Shown here: piece after piece, positions 24,401 to 39,400 of the stretch
Numbering within the stretch: the first letter of the stretch is position 1
Layout: every line of letters begins with the position of its first letter
Assembly (NCBI RefSeq): GCF_964204645.1
Contig: NC_134029.1
Span: 17,788,950-17,852,949 of the forward strand
DNA: 64,000 bases
DNA from: Tubulanus polymorphus
Taxonomy: Eukaryota; Animalia; Nemertea
Reading direction: 5' to 3'
Notes under the pieces: model-generated
What the model was told of the DNA's origin: nothing
The model's database searches: none
What the model saw: the letters and a program-made list of their open reading frames with translations, nothing else
Made by a program: the position numbers and the translations under genes

Positions 24401-27400
24401 GATGGACGAAATTTTATGAATTTTCATTTTCTGATCTACGAGCTGGGGCTGATATCATTGATAGGCTCTGTGCACATGCAGGTATGTAAATTTCATGCTG
24501 TAGAACTTTGTAACACCAATATTCGAAATCAAACAAATTTGTTATACATAAATATCTCAAATGATCTGGTGACAAGCCAATAGAAATTGGGTTCAAACTG
24601 TAGAAAACCCAAACTGTTTGGTCAAGGCAATAGTGCTGTCAACTTATTAATCAAAATCCCGGGCATATATCAATGTCTAAGTTATTGTGCATCACCTTCC
24701 TTGTTGACTTAGATTTTATTGAACATGGTACTGGCAGAAAAAAGCCATTGAATGAGTACAAGTCATCAACTGATGATGAGCAGGTTCATTCACTTAATCA
24801 ATCATTAATAACCCCACATTACTATTCAGGCTACAAATCAGTGTCACTGTCTTTTCAATAATAGTTAAGAATTAAAATCGCCCAAAAGAAATTAAAACTC
24901 GAATTTTGTTTCGGAAACCAGTAGTTAAAGAGATGGCTATTTGATTCCCATTACTAGCACTGACCTGTGCTAATTAGTCAAATTCTCACCAGCACGAAAT
25001 CAGTATCAGTTACAAAAAATCTATATTGATTTTCCACAATTAATATCCTTCACAAGAATTAAATCACCCAAAAGAAATTAAAACTCCAATTTTGTGTTAG
25101 AAACCAGTATTTAAAGAGGTGTCTATTTGATTCCCATTACTAGCACTGACGTGTGCTAATTAGACAAAATCTCACCAGCACGAAATCAGTATCAGTTACA
25201 GAAATTATTATATCTTAGCTGAAATCATACCGAATCTGCAGAAATCCATTTCCATGATTTCCTCCTGAACTCAAGTTGTGATTATGAACACCCACAGATC
25301 CCCACATATTTATGTGCTAGTGCTTCTTATCTGACAAGAACAGAAATATAAAGGGATCAGTGAGGGAAAAAAACTCCATTTAAAAAGTAGAACTTATGCC
25401 TTAAGTCCTGGTATCATTTGGTGCTAGTATCATAAGTAAACAAGCCCTCATATGATACAAGGAGAAATAGACGTTTAGGTTTACAAATGGCTACTCATTG
25501 GTATCAAACCTTTTAATCCAAATGAATCTTGCTAATGAGAGGTGTCTATAGAATCATTGTTACCAGCACTGACCTGTGCTAATTAGTCAATTTCTCACCA
25601 GCACAAAATTAGTACCAGTTACAAAAAATCTATATTCATTTTCCACAATTAATATCCATCACAATACTGGTTTTAGCTAATCCTCAAAATCTATGACATG
25701 AAATATCTCAAAAGTATTCCCAGCACAGGCCTGTGCTAGTAATATATGTTAAACTACCACTAGACATGTACCAGGGACACTAGATGAGGTATTGACGGAT
25801 AACTGGAGGGTTGAGGACATTTTTTATCTAAAAGATATTGTGTTGAATTGAGTAAGTTAGTGTTATAGTTTGAGCATTGAATGAGTACTTCAAGTCATCA
25901 ACTATCGATGAGAAATTAGAGTAAATGATTTAGATCCTCAATTCTGTAGTTGACTCAATCTTTTCAATAATGATAAAGAATTAAATCACCCAAAAGAAAT
26001 TAAAACTCCAATTTTGTGTTAGAAACCAGTATTTAAAGAGGTGTCTATTTGATTCCCATTACTAGCACTGACCTGTGCTAATTAGTCAAAATCTCACCAG
26101 CACGAAATCAGTATCAGTTACAGAAATTATTATATCTTAGCTGAAATCATACCGAATCTGCAGAAATCCATTTCCATGATTTCCTCCTGAACTCAAATTG
26201 TGATTATGAACACCCACAGATCCCCACATATTTATATGCTAGTGTGTCTTATCTGACAAGAACAGAAATATGAAGGGATCAGTGAGGGAAGAAAATTCCA
26301 TTTAAAAAGTAGAACTTATGCCTTTAGTCCTGGTATCATTTGGTGCTAGTATAAAAAAGTAAACAAGCCCTCATATGATACAAGGAGAAATAGACGTTTA
26401 GGTTCCCAAATGGCTACTCATTGGTATCAAACCTTTTAATCCAAATGAATGTTGCTAATGAGAGGTGTCTATAGAATCATTGTTACCAGCACTGACCTGT
26501 GCTAATTAGTCAATTTCTCACCAGCACAAAATTAGTACCAGTTACAAAAAATCTATATTCATTTTCCACAATTAATATCCATCACAAGACTGGTTTTAGC
26601 TAATCCTCAAAATCTCTGACATGAAATATCTCAAAAGTATTCCCAGCACAGGCCTGTGCTAGTAATATATGTTAAACTACCACTAGACATGTACCAGGGA
26701 CACTAGATGAGGTATTGACGGATAACAGGAGGGTTGAGGACATTTTTTATCTAAAAGATATTGTGTTGAATTGAGTAAGTTAGTGTTATAGTTTGAGCAT
26801 TGAATGAGTACTTCAAGTCATCAACTATCGATGAGAAATTAGAGTAAATGATTTAGATCCTCAATTCTGTAGTTGACTCAATCTTTTCAATAATGATAAA
26901 GAATTAAATCACCCAAAAGAAATTAAAACTCCAATTTTGTGTTAGAAACCAGTATTTAAAGAGGTGTCTATTTGATTCCCATTACTAGCACTGACCTGTG
27001 CTAATTAGTCAAAATCTCACCAGCACGAAATCAGTATCAGTTACAGAAATTATTATATCTTAGCTGAAATCATACCGAATCTGCAGAAATCCATTTCCAT
27101 GATTTCCTCCTGAACTCAAGTTGTGATTATGAACACCCACAGATCCCCACATATTTATGTGCTAGTGCTTCTTATCTGACAAGAACAGAAATATGAAGGG
27201 ATCAGTGAGGGAAAAAAACTCCATTTAAAAAGTAGAACTTATGCCTTAAGTCCTGGTATCATTTGGTGCTAGTATCATAAGTAAACAAGCCCTCATATGA
27301 TACAAGGAGAAATAGACGTTTAGGTTTACAAATGGCTACTCATTGGTATCAAACCTTTTAATCCAAATGAATCTTGCTAATGAGAGGTGTCTATAGAATC

Positions 27401-30400
27401 ATTGTTACCAGCACTGACCTGTGCTAATTAGTCAATTTCTCACCAGCACAAAATTAGTACCAGTTACAAAAAATCTATATTCATTTTCCACAATTAATAT
27501 CCATCACAAGACTGGTTTTAGCTAATCCTCAAAATCTATGACATGAAATATCTCAAAAGTACTCCCAGCACAGGCCTGTGCTAGTAATATATGTTAAACT
27601 ACCACTAGACATGTACCAGGAACACTAGATGAGGTATTGACTGATGAATGGAGGATTGAGGACATTTTTTATCTTAAAGACATTGTGTTGAATTGAGTAA
27701 GTTAGTGCTATAGTTTGAGCAGTGAATGAGTTCTTCAAGTCATCAACTATTGATGAGAAGTTTCATTCACATAATCAATCATTGATTACCCATTATTACT
27801 AATCAAGCTACAAATATGTGTTAATGATTTAGATCCTCAATTTTGTAGTTGACTCAATCTTTTCAATAATAATAAAGAATTAAATTACCCAAAAGAAATT
27901 AAAACTCCAATTTTGTGTTAGAAACCAGTATTTAAAGAGGTGTCTATTTGATTCCCATTACTAGCACTGACCTGTGCTAATTAGTCAAAATCTCACCAGC
28001 ACGAAATCAGTATCAGTTACAGAAATTATTATATCTTAAGTGAAATCATACGGTATCTGCAGAAATCCATTTCCATGATTTTCTCCTGAACTCAAGTTGT
28101 TATTATGAACACCCACAGATCCCCACATATTTATGTGCTGGTGCTTCTTACCTGACAAGAACAGAAATATGAAGGGATCAGTGAGGGAAAAAAACTCCAT
28201 TTAAAAAGTAGAACTTATGCCTTTAGTCCTGGTAATCATTTGGTGCTAGTATAAAAAAGTAAACAAGCCCTCATATGATCCAAGGAGAAATAGACGTTTA
28301 GGTTCCCAAATGGCTACTCATTGGTATCAAACCTTTTAATCCAAATGAATCTTGCTAATGAGAGGTGTCTATAGAATCATTGTTACCAGCACTGATCTGT
28401 GCTAATTAGTCAATTTCTCACCAGCACAAAATTAGTACCAGTTACAAAAAAATCTATATTCATTTTCCACAATTAATATCCATCACAAGACTGGTTTTAG
28501 CTAATCCTCAAAATCTATGACATGAAATATCTCAAAGGTACTCCCAGCACAGGCCTGTGCTAGTAATATATGTTAAACTACCACTAGACATGTACCAGGG
28601 ACACTAGATGAGGTATTGAAGGATAACTGGAGGGTTGAGGACATTTTTTATCTAAAAGATATTGTGTTGAATTGAGTAAGTTAGTGTTATAGTTTGAGCA
28701 TTGAATGAGTACTTCAAGTCATCAACTATCGATGAGAAATTAGAGTAAATGATTTAGATCCTCAATTCTGTAGTTGACTCAATCTTTTCAATAATGATAA
28801 AGAATTAAATCACCCAAAAGAAATTAAAACTCCAATTTTGTGTTAGAAACCAGTATTTAAAGAGGTGTCTATTTGATTCCCATTACTAGCACTGACCTGT
28901 GCTAATTAGTCAAAATCTCACCAGCACGAAATCAGTATCAGTTACAGAAATTATTATATCTTAGCTGAAATCATACCGAATCTGCAGAAATCCATTTCCA
29001 TGATTTCCTCCTGAACTCAAATTGTGATTATGAACACCCACAGATCCCCACATATTTATATGCTAGTGCGTCTTATCTGACAAGAACAGAAATATGAAGG
29101 GATCAGTGAGGGAAGAAAATTCCATTTAAAAAGTAGAACTTATGCCTTTAGTCCTGGTATCATTTGGTGCTAGTATAAAAAAGTAAACAAGCCCTCATAT
29201 GATACAAGGAGAAATAGACGTTTAGGTTCCCAAATGGCTACTCATTGGTATCAAACCTTTTAATCCAAATGAATGTTGCTAATGAGAGGTGTCTATAGAA
29301 TCATTGTTACCAGCACTGACCTGTGCTAATTAGTCAATTTCTCACCAGCACAAAATTAGTACCAGTTACAAAAAATCTATATTCATTTTCCACAATTAAT
29401 ATCCATCACAAGACTGGTTTTAGCTAATCCTCAAAATCTCTGACATGAAATATCTCAAAAGTATTCCCAGCACAGGCCTGTGCTAGTAATATATGTTAAA
29501 CTACCACTAGACATGTACCAGGGACACTAGATGAGGTATTGACGGATAACTGGAGGGTTGAGGACATTTTTTATCTAAAAGATATTGTGTTGAATTGAGT
29601 AAGTTAGTGTTATAGTTTGAGCATTGAATGAGTACTTCAAGTCATCAACTATCGATGAGAAATTAGAGTAAATGATTTAGATCCTCAATTCTGTAGTTGA
29701 CTCAATCTTTTCAATAATGATAAAGAATTAAATCACCCAAAAGAAATTAAAACTCCAATTTTGTGTTAGAAACCAGTATTTAAAGAGGTGTCTATTTGAT
29801 TCCCATTACTAGCACTGACCTGTGCTAATTAGTCAAAATCTCACCAGCACGAAATCAGTATCAGTTACAGAAATTATTATATCTTAGCTGAAATCATACC
29901 GAATCTGCAGAAATCCATTTCCATGATTTCCTCCTGAACTCAAGTTGTGATTATGAACACCCACAGATCCCCACATATTTATGTGCTAGTGCTTCTTATC
30001 TGACAAGAACAGAAATATGAAGGGATCAGTGAGGGAAAAAAACTCCATTTAAAAAGTAGAACTTATGCCTTAAGTCCTGGTATCATTTGGTGCTAGTATC
30101 ATAAGTAAACAAGCCCTCATATGATACAAGGAGAAATAGACGTTTAGGTTTACAAATGGCTACTCATTGGTATCAAACCTTTTAATCCAAATGAATCTTG
30201 CTAATGAGAGGTGTCTATAGAATCATTGTTACCAGCACTGACCTGTGCTAATTAGTCAATTTCTCACCAGCACAAAATTAGTACCAGTTACAAAAAATCT
30301 ATATTCATTTTCCACAATTAATATCCATAACAAGACTGGTTTTAGCTAATCCTCAAAATCTATGACATGAAATATCTCAAAAGTACTCCCAGCACAGGCC

Positions 30401-33400
30401 TGTGCTAGTAATATATGTTAAACTACCACTAGACATGTACCAGGAACACTAGATGAGGTATTGACTGATGAATGGAGGATTGAGGACATTTTTTATCTTA
30501 AAGACATTGTGTTGAATTGAGTAAGTTAGTGCTATAGTTTGAGCAGTGAATGAGTTCTTCAAGTCATCAACTATTGATGAGAAGTTTCATTCACATAATC
30601 AATCATTGATTACCCATTATTACTAATCAAGCTACAAATATGTGTTAATGATTTAGATCCTCAATTTTGTAGTTGACTCAATCTTTTCAATAATAATAAA
30701 GAATTAAATCACCCAAAAGAAATTAAAACTCCAATTTTGTGTTAGAAACCAGTATTTAAAGAGGTGTCTATTTGATTCCCATTACTAGCACTGACCTGTG
30801 CTAATTAGTCAAAATCTCACCAGCACGAAATCAGTATCAGTTACAGAAATTATTATATCTTAAGTGAAATCATACGGTATCTGCAGAAATCCATTTCCAT
30901 GATTTTCTCCTGAACTCAAGTTGTTATTATGAACACCCACAGATCCCCACATATTTATGTGCTGGTGCTTCTTACCTGACAAGAACAGAAATATGAAGGG
31001 ATCAGTGAGGGAAAAAAACTCCATTTAAAAAGTAGAACTTATGCCTTTAGTCCTGGTAATCATTTGGTGCTAGTATAAAAAAGTAAACAAGCCCTCATAT
31101 GATACAAGGAGAAATAGACGTTTAGGTTCCCAAATGGCTACTCATTGGTATCAAACCTTTTAATCCAAATGAATCTTGCTAATGAGAGGTGTCTATAGAA
31201 TCATTGTTACCAGCACTGACCTGTGCTAATTAGTCAATTTCTCACCAGCACAAAATTAGTACCAGTTACAAAAAAATCTATATTCATTTTCCACAATTAA
31301 TATCCATCACAAGACTGGTTTTAGCTAATCCTCAAAATCTATGACATGAAATATCTCAAAGGTACTCCCAGCACAGGCCTGTGCTAGTAATATATGTTAA
31401 ACTACCACTAGACATGTACCAGGGACACTAGATGAGGTATTGACGGATAACTGGAGGGTTGAGGACATTTTTTATCTAAAAGATATTGTGTTGAATTGAG
31501 TAAGTTAGTGTTATAGTTTGAGCATTGAATGAGTACTTCAAGTCATCAACTATTGATGAGAAAAGATATTGTGTTGAATTGAGTAAGTTAGTGCTATAGT
31601 TTGAGCATTGAATGAGGACTTCAGGTCATCAACTATCGATGAGAAATTAGAGTAAATGATTTAGATACTCAATTCTGTAGTTGACTCAATCTTTTCAATA
31701 ATGATAAAGAATTAAATCACCCAAAAGAAATTAAAACTCCAATTTTGTGTTAGAAACCAGTATTTAAAGAGGTGTCTATTTGATTCCCATTACTAGCACT
31801 GACCTGTGCTAATTAGTCAAAATCTCACCAGCACGAAATCAGTATCAGTTACAGAAATTATTATATCTTAGCTGAAATCATACCGAATCTGCAGAAATCC
31901 ATTTCCATGATTTCCTCCTGAACTCAAATTGTGATTATGAACATCCACAGATCCCCACATATTTATGTGCTAGTGCGTCTTATCTGACAAGAACAGAAAT
32001 ATGAAGGGACCAGTAAGGGAAGAAAACTCCATTTAAAAAGTAGAACTTATGCCTTTAGTCCTGGTATCATTTGGTGCTAGTATAAAAAAGTAAACAAGCC
32101 CTCATATGATACAAGGAGAAATAGACGTTTAGGTTCCCAAATGGCTACTCATTGGTATCAAACCTTATAATCCAAATGAATCCTGCTAATGCGAGGTGTC
32201 TATAGAATCATTGTTACCAGCACTGACCTGTGCTAATTAGTCAATTTCTCACCAGCACAAAATTAGTACCAGTTACAAAAAATCTATATTCATTTTCCAC
32301 AATTAATATCCATCACAAGACTGGTTTTAGCTAATCCTCAAAATCTATGACATGTAATATCTCAAAAGTACTCCCAGCACAGGCCTGTGCTAGTAATATA
32401 TGTTAAACTACCACTAGACATGTACCAGGGACACTAGATGAGGTATTGACGGATAACTGGAGGGTTGAGGACATTTTTTATCTAAAAGATATTGTGTTGA
32501 ATTGAGTAAGTTAGTGTTGTAGTTTGAGCATTGAATGAGTACTTCAAGTCATCAACTATCGATGAGAAATTAGAGTAAATGATTTAGATCCTCAATTCTG
32601 TAGTTGACTCAATCTTTTCAATAATGATAAAGAATTAAATCACCCAAAAGAAATTAAAACTCCAATTTTGTGTTAGAAACCAGTATTTAAAGAGGTGTCT
32701 ATTTGATTCCCATTACTAGCACTGACCTGTGCTAATTAGTCAAAATCTCACCAGCACGAAATCAGTATCAGTTACAGAAATTATTATATCTTAGCTGAAA
32801 TCATACCGAATCTGCAGAAATCCATTTCCATGATTTCCTCCTGAACTCAAATTGTGATTATGAACACCCACAGATCCCCACATATTTATGTGCTAGTGCG
32901 TCTTATCTGACAAGAACAGAAATATGAAGGGATCAGTGAGGGAAGAAAATTCCATTTGAAAAGTAGAACTTATGCCTTTAGTCCTGGTATCATTTGGTGC
33001 TAGTATAAAAAAGTAAACAAGCCCTCATATGATACAAGGAGAAAAAGACGTTTAGGTTCCCAAATGGCTACTCATTGGTATCAAACCTTTTAATCCAAAT
33101 GAATGTTGCTAATGAGAGGTGTCTATAGAATCATTGTTACCAGCACTGACCTGTGCTAATTAGTCAATTTCTCACCAGCACAAAATTAGTACCAGTTACA
33201 AAAAATCTATATTCATTTTCCACAATTAATATCCATCACAAGACTGGTTTTAGCTAATCCTCAAAATCTCTGACATGAAATATCTCAAAAGTATTCCCAG
33301 CACAGGCCTGTGCTAGTAATATATGTTAAACTACCACTAGACATGTACCAGGGACACTAGATGAGGTATTGACGGGTGACTGGAGGGTTGAGGACATTTT

Positions 33401-36400
33401 TTATCTAAAAGATATTGTGTTGAATTGAGTAAGTTAGTGTTGTAGTTTGAGCATTGAATGAGTACTTCAAGTCATCAACTATCGATGAGAAATTAGAGTA
33501 AATGATTTAGATCCTCAATTCTGTAGTTGACTCAATCTTTTCAATAATGATAAAGAATTAAATCACCCAAAAGAAATTAAAACTCCAATTTTGTGTTAGA
33601 AACCAGTATTTAAAGAGGTGTCTATTTGATTCCCATTACTAGCACTGACCTGTGCTAATTAGTCAAAATCTCACCAGCACGAAATCAGTATCAGTTACAG
33701 AAATTATTATATCTTAAGTGAAATCATACCGAATCTGCAGAAATCCATTTCCATGATTTCCTCCTGAACTCAAATTGTGATTATGAACACCCACAGATCC
33801 CCACATATTTATGTGCTAGTGCGTCTTATCTGACAAGAACAGAAATATGAAGGGATCAGTGAGGGAAGAAAATTCCATTTAAAAAGTAGAACTTATGCCT
33901 TTAGTCCTGGTATCATTTGGTGCTAGTATAAAAAAGTAAACAAGCCCTCATATGATACAAGGAGAAATAGACGTTTAGGTTCCCAAATGGCTACTCATTG
34001 GTATCAAACCTTTTAATCCAAATGAATGTTGCTAATGAGAGGTGTCTATAGAATCATTGTTACCAGCACTGACCTGTGCTAATTAGTCAATTTCTCACCA
34101 GCACAAAATTAGTACCAGTTACAAAAAATCTATATTCATTTTCCACAATTAATATCCATCACAAGACTGGTTTTAGCTAATCCTCAAAATCTCTGACATG
34201 AAATATCTCAAAAGTATTCCCAGCACTGGCCTGTGCTAGTAATATATGTTAAACTACCACTGGACATGTACCAGGGACACTAGATGAGGTATTGACGGAT
34301 AACTGGAGAGTTGAGGACATTTTTTATCTAAAAGATATTGTGTTGAATTGAGTAAGTTAGTGTTATAGTTTGAGCATTGAATGAGTACTTCAAGTCATCA
34401 ACTATTGATGAGAAAAGATATTGTGTTGAATTGAGTAAGTTAGTGCTATAGTTTGAGCATTGAATGAGGACTTCAAGTCATCAACTATTGATGAGAAATT
34501 AGAGTAAATGATTTAGATCCTCAATTCTGTAGTTGACTCAATCTTTTCAATAATGATAAAGAATTAAATCACCCAAAAGAAATTAAAACTCCAATTTTGT
34601 GTTAGAAACCAGTATTTAAAGAGGTGTCTATTTGATTCCCATTACTAGCACTGACCTGTGCTAATTAGTCAAAATCTCACCAGCACGAAATCAGCATCAG
34701 CTACAGAAATCATTATATCTTAGCTGAAATCATACCGAATCTGCAGAAATCCATTTCCATGATTTCCTCCTGAACTCAAATTGTGATTATGAACACCCAC
34801 AGATCCCCACATATTTATGTGCTAGTGCGACTTATCTGACAAGAACAGAAATATGAAGGGATCAGTGAGGGAAAAAACTCCATTTAAAAAGTAGATCTTA
34901 TGCCTTTAGTCCTGGTATCATTTGGTGCTAGTATCAAAAGTAAACAAGCCCTCATATGATACAAGGAGAAAAAGATGTTTAGGTTCCCAAATGGCTACTC
35001 ATTGGTATCAAACCTTTTAATCCAAATGAATCTTGCTAATGAGAGGTGTCTATAGAATCATTGTTACCAGCACTGACCTGTGCTAATTAGTCAATTTCTC
35101 ACCAGCACAAAATTAGTACCAGTTACAAAAAATCTATATTCATTTTCCACAATTAATATCCATCACAAGACTGGTTTTAGCTAATCCTCAAAATCTCTGA
35201 CATGAAATATCTCAAAAGTATTCCCAGCACTGGCCTGTGCTAGTAATATATGTTAAACTACCACTGGACATGTACCAGGGACACTAGATGAGTTATTGAC
35301 GGATAACTGGAGAGTTGAGGACATTTTTTATCTAAAAGATATTGTGTTGAATTGAGTAAGTTAGTGTTATAGTTTGAGCATTGAATGAGTACTTCAAGTC
35401 ATCAACTATTGATGAGAAAAGATATTGTGTTGAATTGAGTAAGTTAGTGCTATAGTTTGAGCATTGAATGAGGACTTCAAGTCATCAACTATTGATGAGA
35501 AATTAGAGTAAATGATTTAGATCCTCAATTCTGTAGTTGACTCAATCTTTTCAATAATGATAAAGAATTAAATCACCCAAAAGAAATTAAAACTCCAATT
35601 TTGTGTTAGAAACCAGTATTTAAAGAGGTGTCTATTTGATTCCCATTACTAGCACTGACCTGTGCTAATTAGTCAAAATCTCACCAGCACGAAATCAGTA
35701 TCAGCTACAGAAATCATTATATCTTAGCTGAAATCATACCGAATCTGCAGAAATCCATTTCCATGATTTCCTCCTGAACTCAAATTGTGATTATGAACAC
35801 CCACAGATCCCCACATATTTATGTGCTAGTGCGACTTATCTGACAAGAACAGAAATATGAAGGGATCAGTGAGGGAAAAAACTCCATTTAAAAAGTAGAT
35901 CTTATGCCTTTAGTCCTGGTATCATTTGGTGCTAGTATCAAAAGTAAACAAGCCCTCATATGATACAAGGAGAAAAAGATGTTTAGGTTCCCAAATGGCT
36001 ACTCATTGGTATCAAACCTTTTAATCCAAATGAATCTTGCTAATGAGAGGTGTCTATAGAATCATTGTTACCAGCACTGACCTGTGCTAATTAGTCAATT
36101 TCTCACCAGCACAAAATTAGTACCAGTTACAAAAAATCTATATTCATTTTCCACAATTAATATCCATCACAAGACTGGTTTTAGCTAATCCTCAAAATCT
36201 ATGACATGAAATATCTCAAAAGTATTCCCAGCACAGGCCTGTGCTAGTAATGTTAAACTACCACTAGACATGTACCAGGGACACTAGATGAGGTATTGAC
36301 GGATGACTGGAGGGTTGAGGACATTTTTTATCTAAAAGATATTGTGTTGAATTGAGGAAGTTAGTGTTATAGTTTGAGTATTGAATGAGTGCTTCAAGTC

Positions 36401-39400
36401 ATCAACTAGTGATGAGAAATTAGAGTAAATGATTTAGATCCTCAATTCTGTAGTTGACTCAATCTTTTCAATAATGATAAAGAATTAAATCACCCAAAAG
36501 AAATTAAAACTCCAATTTTGTGTTAGAAACCAGTATTTAAAGAGGTGTCTATTTGATTCCCATTACTAGCACTGACCTGTGCTAATTAGTCAAAATCTCA
36601 CCAGCATGAAATCAGTATCAGTTACAGAAATTATTATATCTTAGCTGAAATCATACCGAATCTGCAGAAATCCATTTCCATGATTTCCTCCTGAACTCAA
36701 ATTGTGATTATGAACACCCACAGATCCCCACATATTTATGTGCTAGTGCGTCTTATCTGACAAGAACGGAAATATGAAGGGATCAGTGAGGGAAGAAAAT
36801 TCCATTTGAAAAGTAGATCTTATGCCTTTAGTCCTGGTATCATTTGGTGCTAGTATAAAAAAGTAAACAAGCCCTCATATGATACAAGGAGAAATAGACG
36901 TTTAGGTTCCCAAATGGCTACTCATTGGTATCAAACCTTTTAATCCAAATGAATGTTGCTAATTAGAGGTGTCTATAGAATCATTGTTACCAGCACTGAC
37001 CTGTGCTAATTAGTCAATTTCTCACCAGCACAAAATTAGTACCAGTTACAAAAAATCTATATTCATTTTCCACAATTAATATCCATCACAAGACTGGTTT
37101 TAGCTAATCCTCAAAATCTATAACATGAAATATCTCAAAAGTACTCCCAGCACAGGCCTGTGCTAGTAATGTTAAACTACCACTAGACATGTACCAGGGA
37201 CACTAGATGAGGTATTGACGGATGACTGGAGGGTTGAGGACATTTTTTATCTAAAAGATATTGTGTTGAATTGAGTAAGTTAGTGTTATAGTTTGAGTAT
37301 TGAATGAGTGCTTCAAGTCATCAACTATTGATGAGAAATTAGAGTAAATGATTTAGATCCTCAATTCTGTAGTTGACTCAATCTTTTCAATAATGATAAA
37401 GAATTAAATCACCCAAAAGAAATTAAAACTCCAATTTTGTGTTAGAAACCAGTATTTAAAGAGGTGTCTATTTGATTCCCATTACTAGCACTGACCTGTG
37501 CTAATTAGTCAAAATCTCACCAGCACGAAATCAGTATCAGTTACAGAAATTATTATATCTTAAGTGAAATCATACCGAATCTGCAGAAATCCGTTCCATG
37601 ATTTCCTCCTGAACTCAAGTTGTGATTATGAACACCCACAGATCCCCACATATTTATGTGCTAGTGCTTCTTATCTGACAAGAACAGAAATATAAAGGGA
37701 TCAGTGAGGGAAAAAACTCCATTTAAAAAGTAGAACTTATGCCTTTAGTCCTGGTATCATTTGGTGCTAGTATCAAAAGTAAGGAGAAAAAGACGTTTAG
37801 GTTCCCATATGGATACTCATTGGTATCAAACTTTTGAATCCAATTGAATCTTGCTAATGAGAGGTGTCTATAGAATCATTGTTACCAGCACTGACCTGTG
37901 CTAATTAGTCAATTTCTCACCAGCACAAAATTAGTACCAGTTTCAAAAAATCTATATTCATTTTCCACAATTAATATCCATCACAAGACTGGTTTTAGCT
38001 AATCCTCAAAATCTCTGACATCAAATATCTCAAAAGTATTCCCAGCACAGGCCTGTGCTAGTAATATATGTTAAACTACCACTAGACATGTACCAGGAAC
38101 ACTAGATGAGGTATTGACTGATGACTGGAGGGTTGAGGACATTTTTTATCTAAAAGATATTGTGTTGAATTGAGTAAGTTAGTGTTATAGTTTGAGCATT
38201 GAATGAGTACTTCAAGTCATCAACTATTGATGAGAAAAGATATTGTGTTGAATTGAGTAAGTTAGTGCTATAGTTTGAGCATTGAATGAGGACTTCAAGT
38301 CATCAACTATTGATGAGAAATTAGAGTAAATGATTTAGATCCTCAATTCTGTAGTTGACTCAATCTTTTCAATAATGATAAAGAATTGATTCACCCAAAA
38401 GAAATTAAAACTCCAATTTTGTGTTAGAAACCAGTATTTAAAGAGGTGTCTATTTGATTCCCATTACTAGCACTGACCTGTGCTAATTAGTCAAAATCTC
38501 ACCAGCACGAAATCAGTATCAGTTACAGAAATTATTATATCTTAGCTGAAATCATACCGAATCTGCAGGAATCCATTTCCATGATTTCCTCCTGAACTCA
38601 AATTGTGATCATGAACACCCACAGATCCCCACATATTTATGTGCTAGTGCGTCTTATCTGACAAGAACAGAAATATGAAGGGATCAGTGAGGGAAGAAAA
38701 TTCCATTTAAAAAGTAGAACTTATGCCTTTAGTCCTGGTATCATTTGGTGCTAGTATAAAAAAGTAAACAAGCCCTCATATGATACAAGGAGAAATAGAC
38801 GTTTAGGTTCCCAAATGGCTACTCATTGGTATCAAACCTTTTAATCCAAATGAATGTTGCTAATGAGAGGTGTCTATAGAATCATTGTTACCAGCACTGA
38901 CCTGTGCTAATTAGTCAATTTCTTACCAGCACAAAATTAGTACCAGTTACAAAAAATCTATATTCATTTTCCACAATTAATATCCATCACAAGACTGGTT
39001 TTAGCTAATCCTCAAAATCTATGACATGAAATATCTCAAAAGTATTCCCAGCACAGGCCTGTGCTAGTAATATATGTTAAACTACCACTAGACATGTACC
39101 AGGGACACTAGATGAGGTATTGACGGATAACTGGAGGGTTGAGGACATTTTTTATCTAAAAGATATTGTGTTGAATTGAGTAAGTTAGTGTTATAGTTTG
39201 AGTATTGAATGAGTGCTTCAAGTCATCAACTATTGATGAGAAATTAGAGTTAATGATTTAGATCCTCAATTCTGTAGTTGACTCAATCTTTTCAATAATG
39301 ATAAAGAATTAAATCACCCAAAAGAAATTAAAACTCCAATTTTGTGTTAGAAACCAGTATTTAAAGAGGTGTCTATTTGATTCCCATTACTAGCACTGAC

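Noticed and set aside
25054-25975. Monomer as a tandem RNA-gene or histone repeat (5S, snRNA, tRNA, snoRNA cluster)
   Set aside because: I recognised no such sequence on either strand. tgatga box-C-like words lack a properly spaced ctga and terminal stem. An Infernal/Rfam scan would be decisive.
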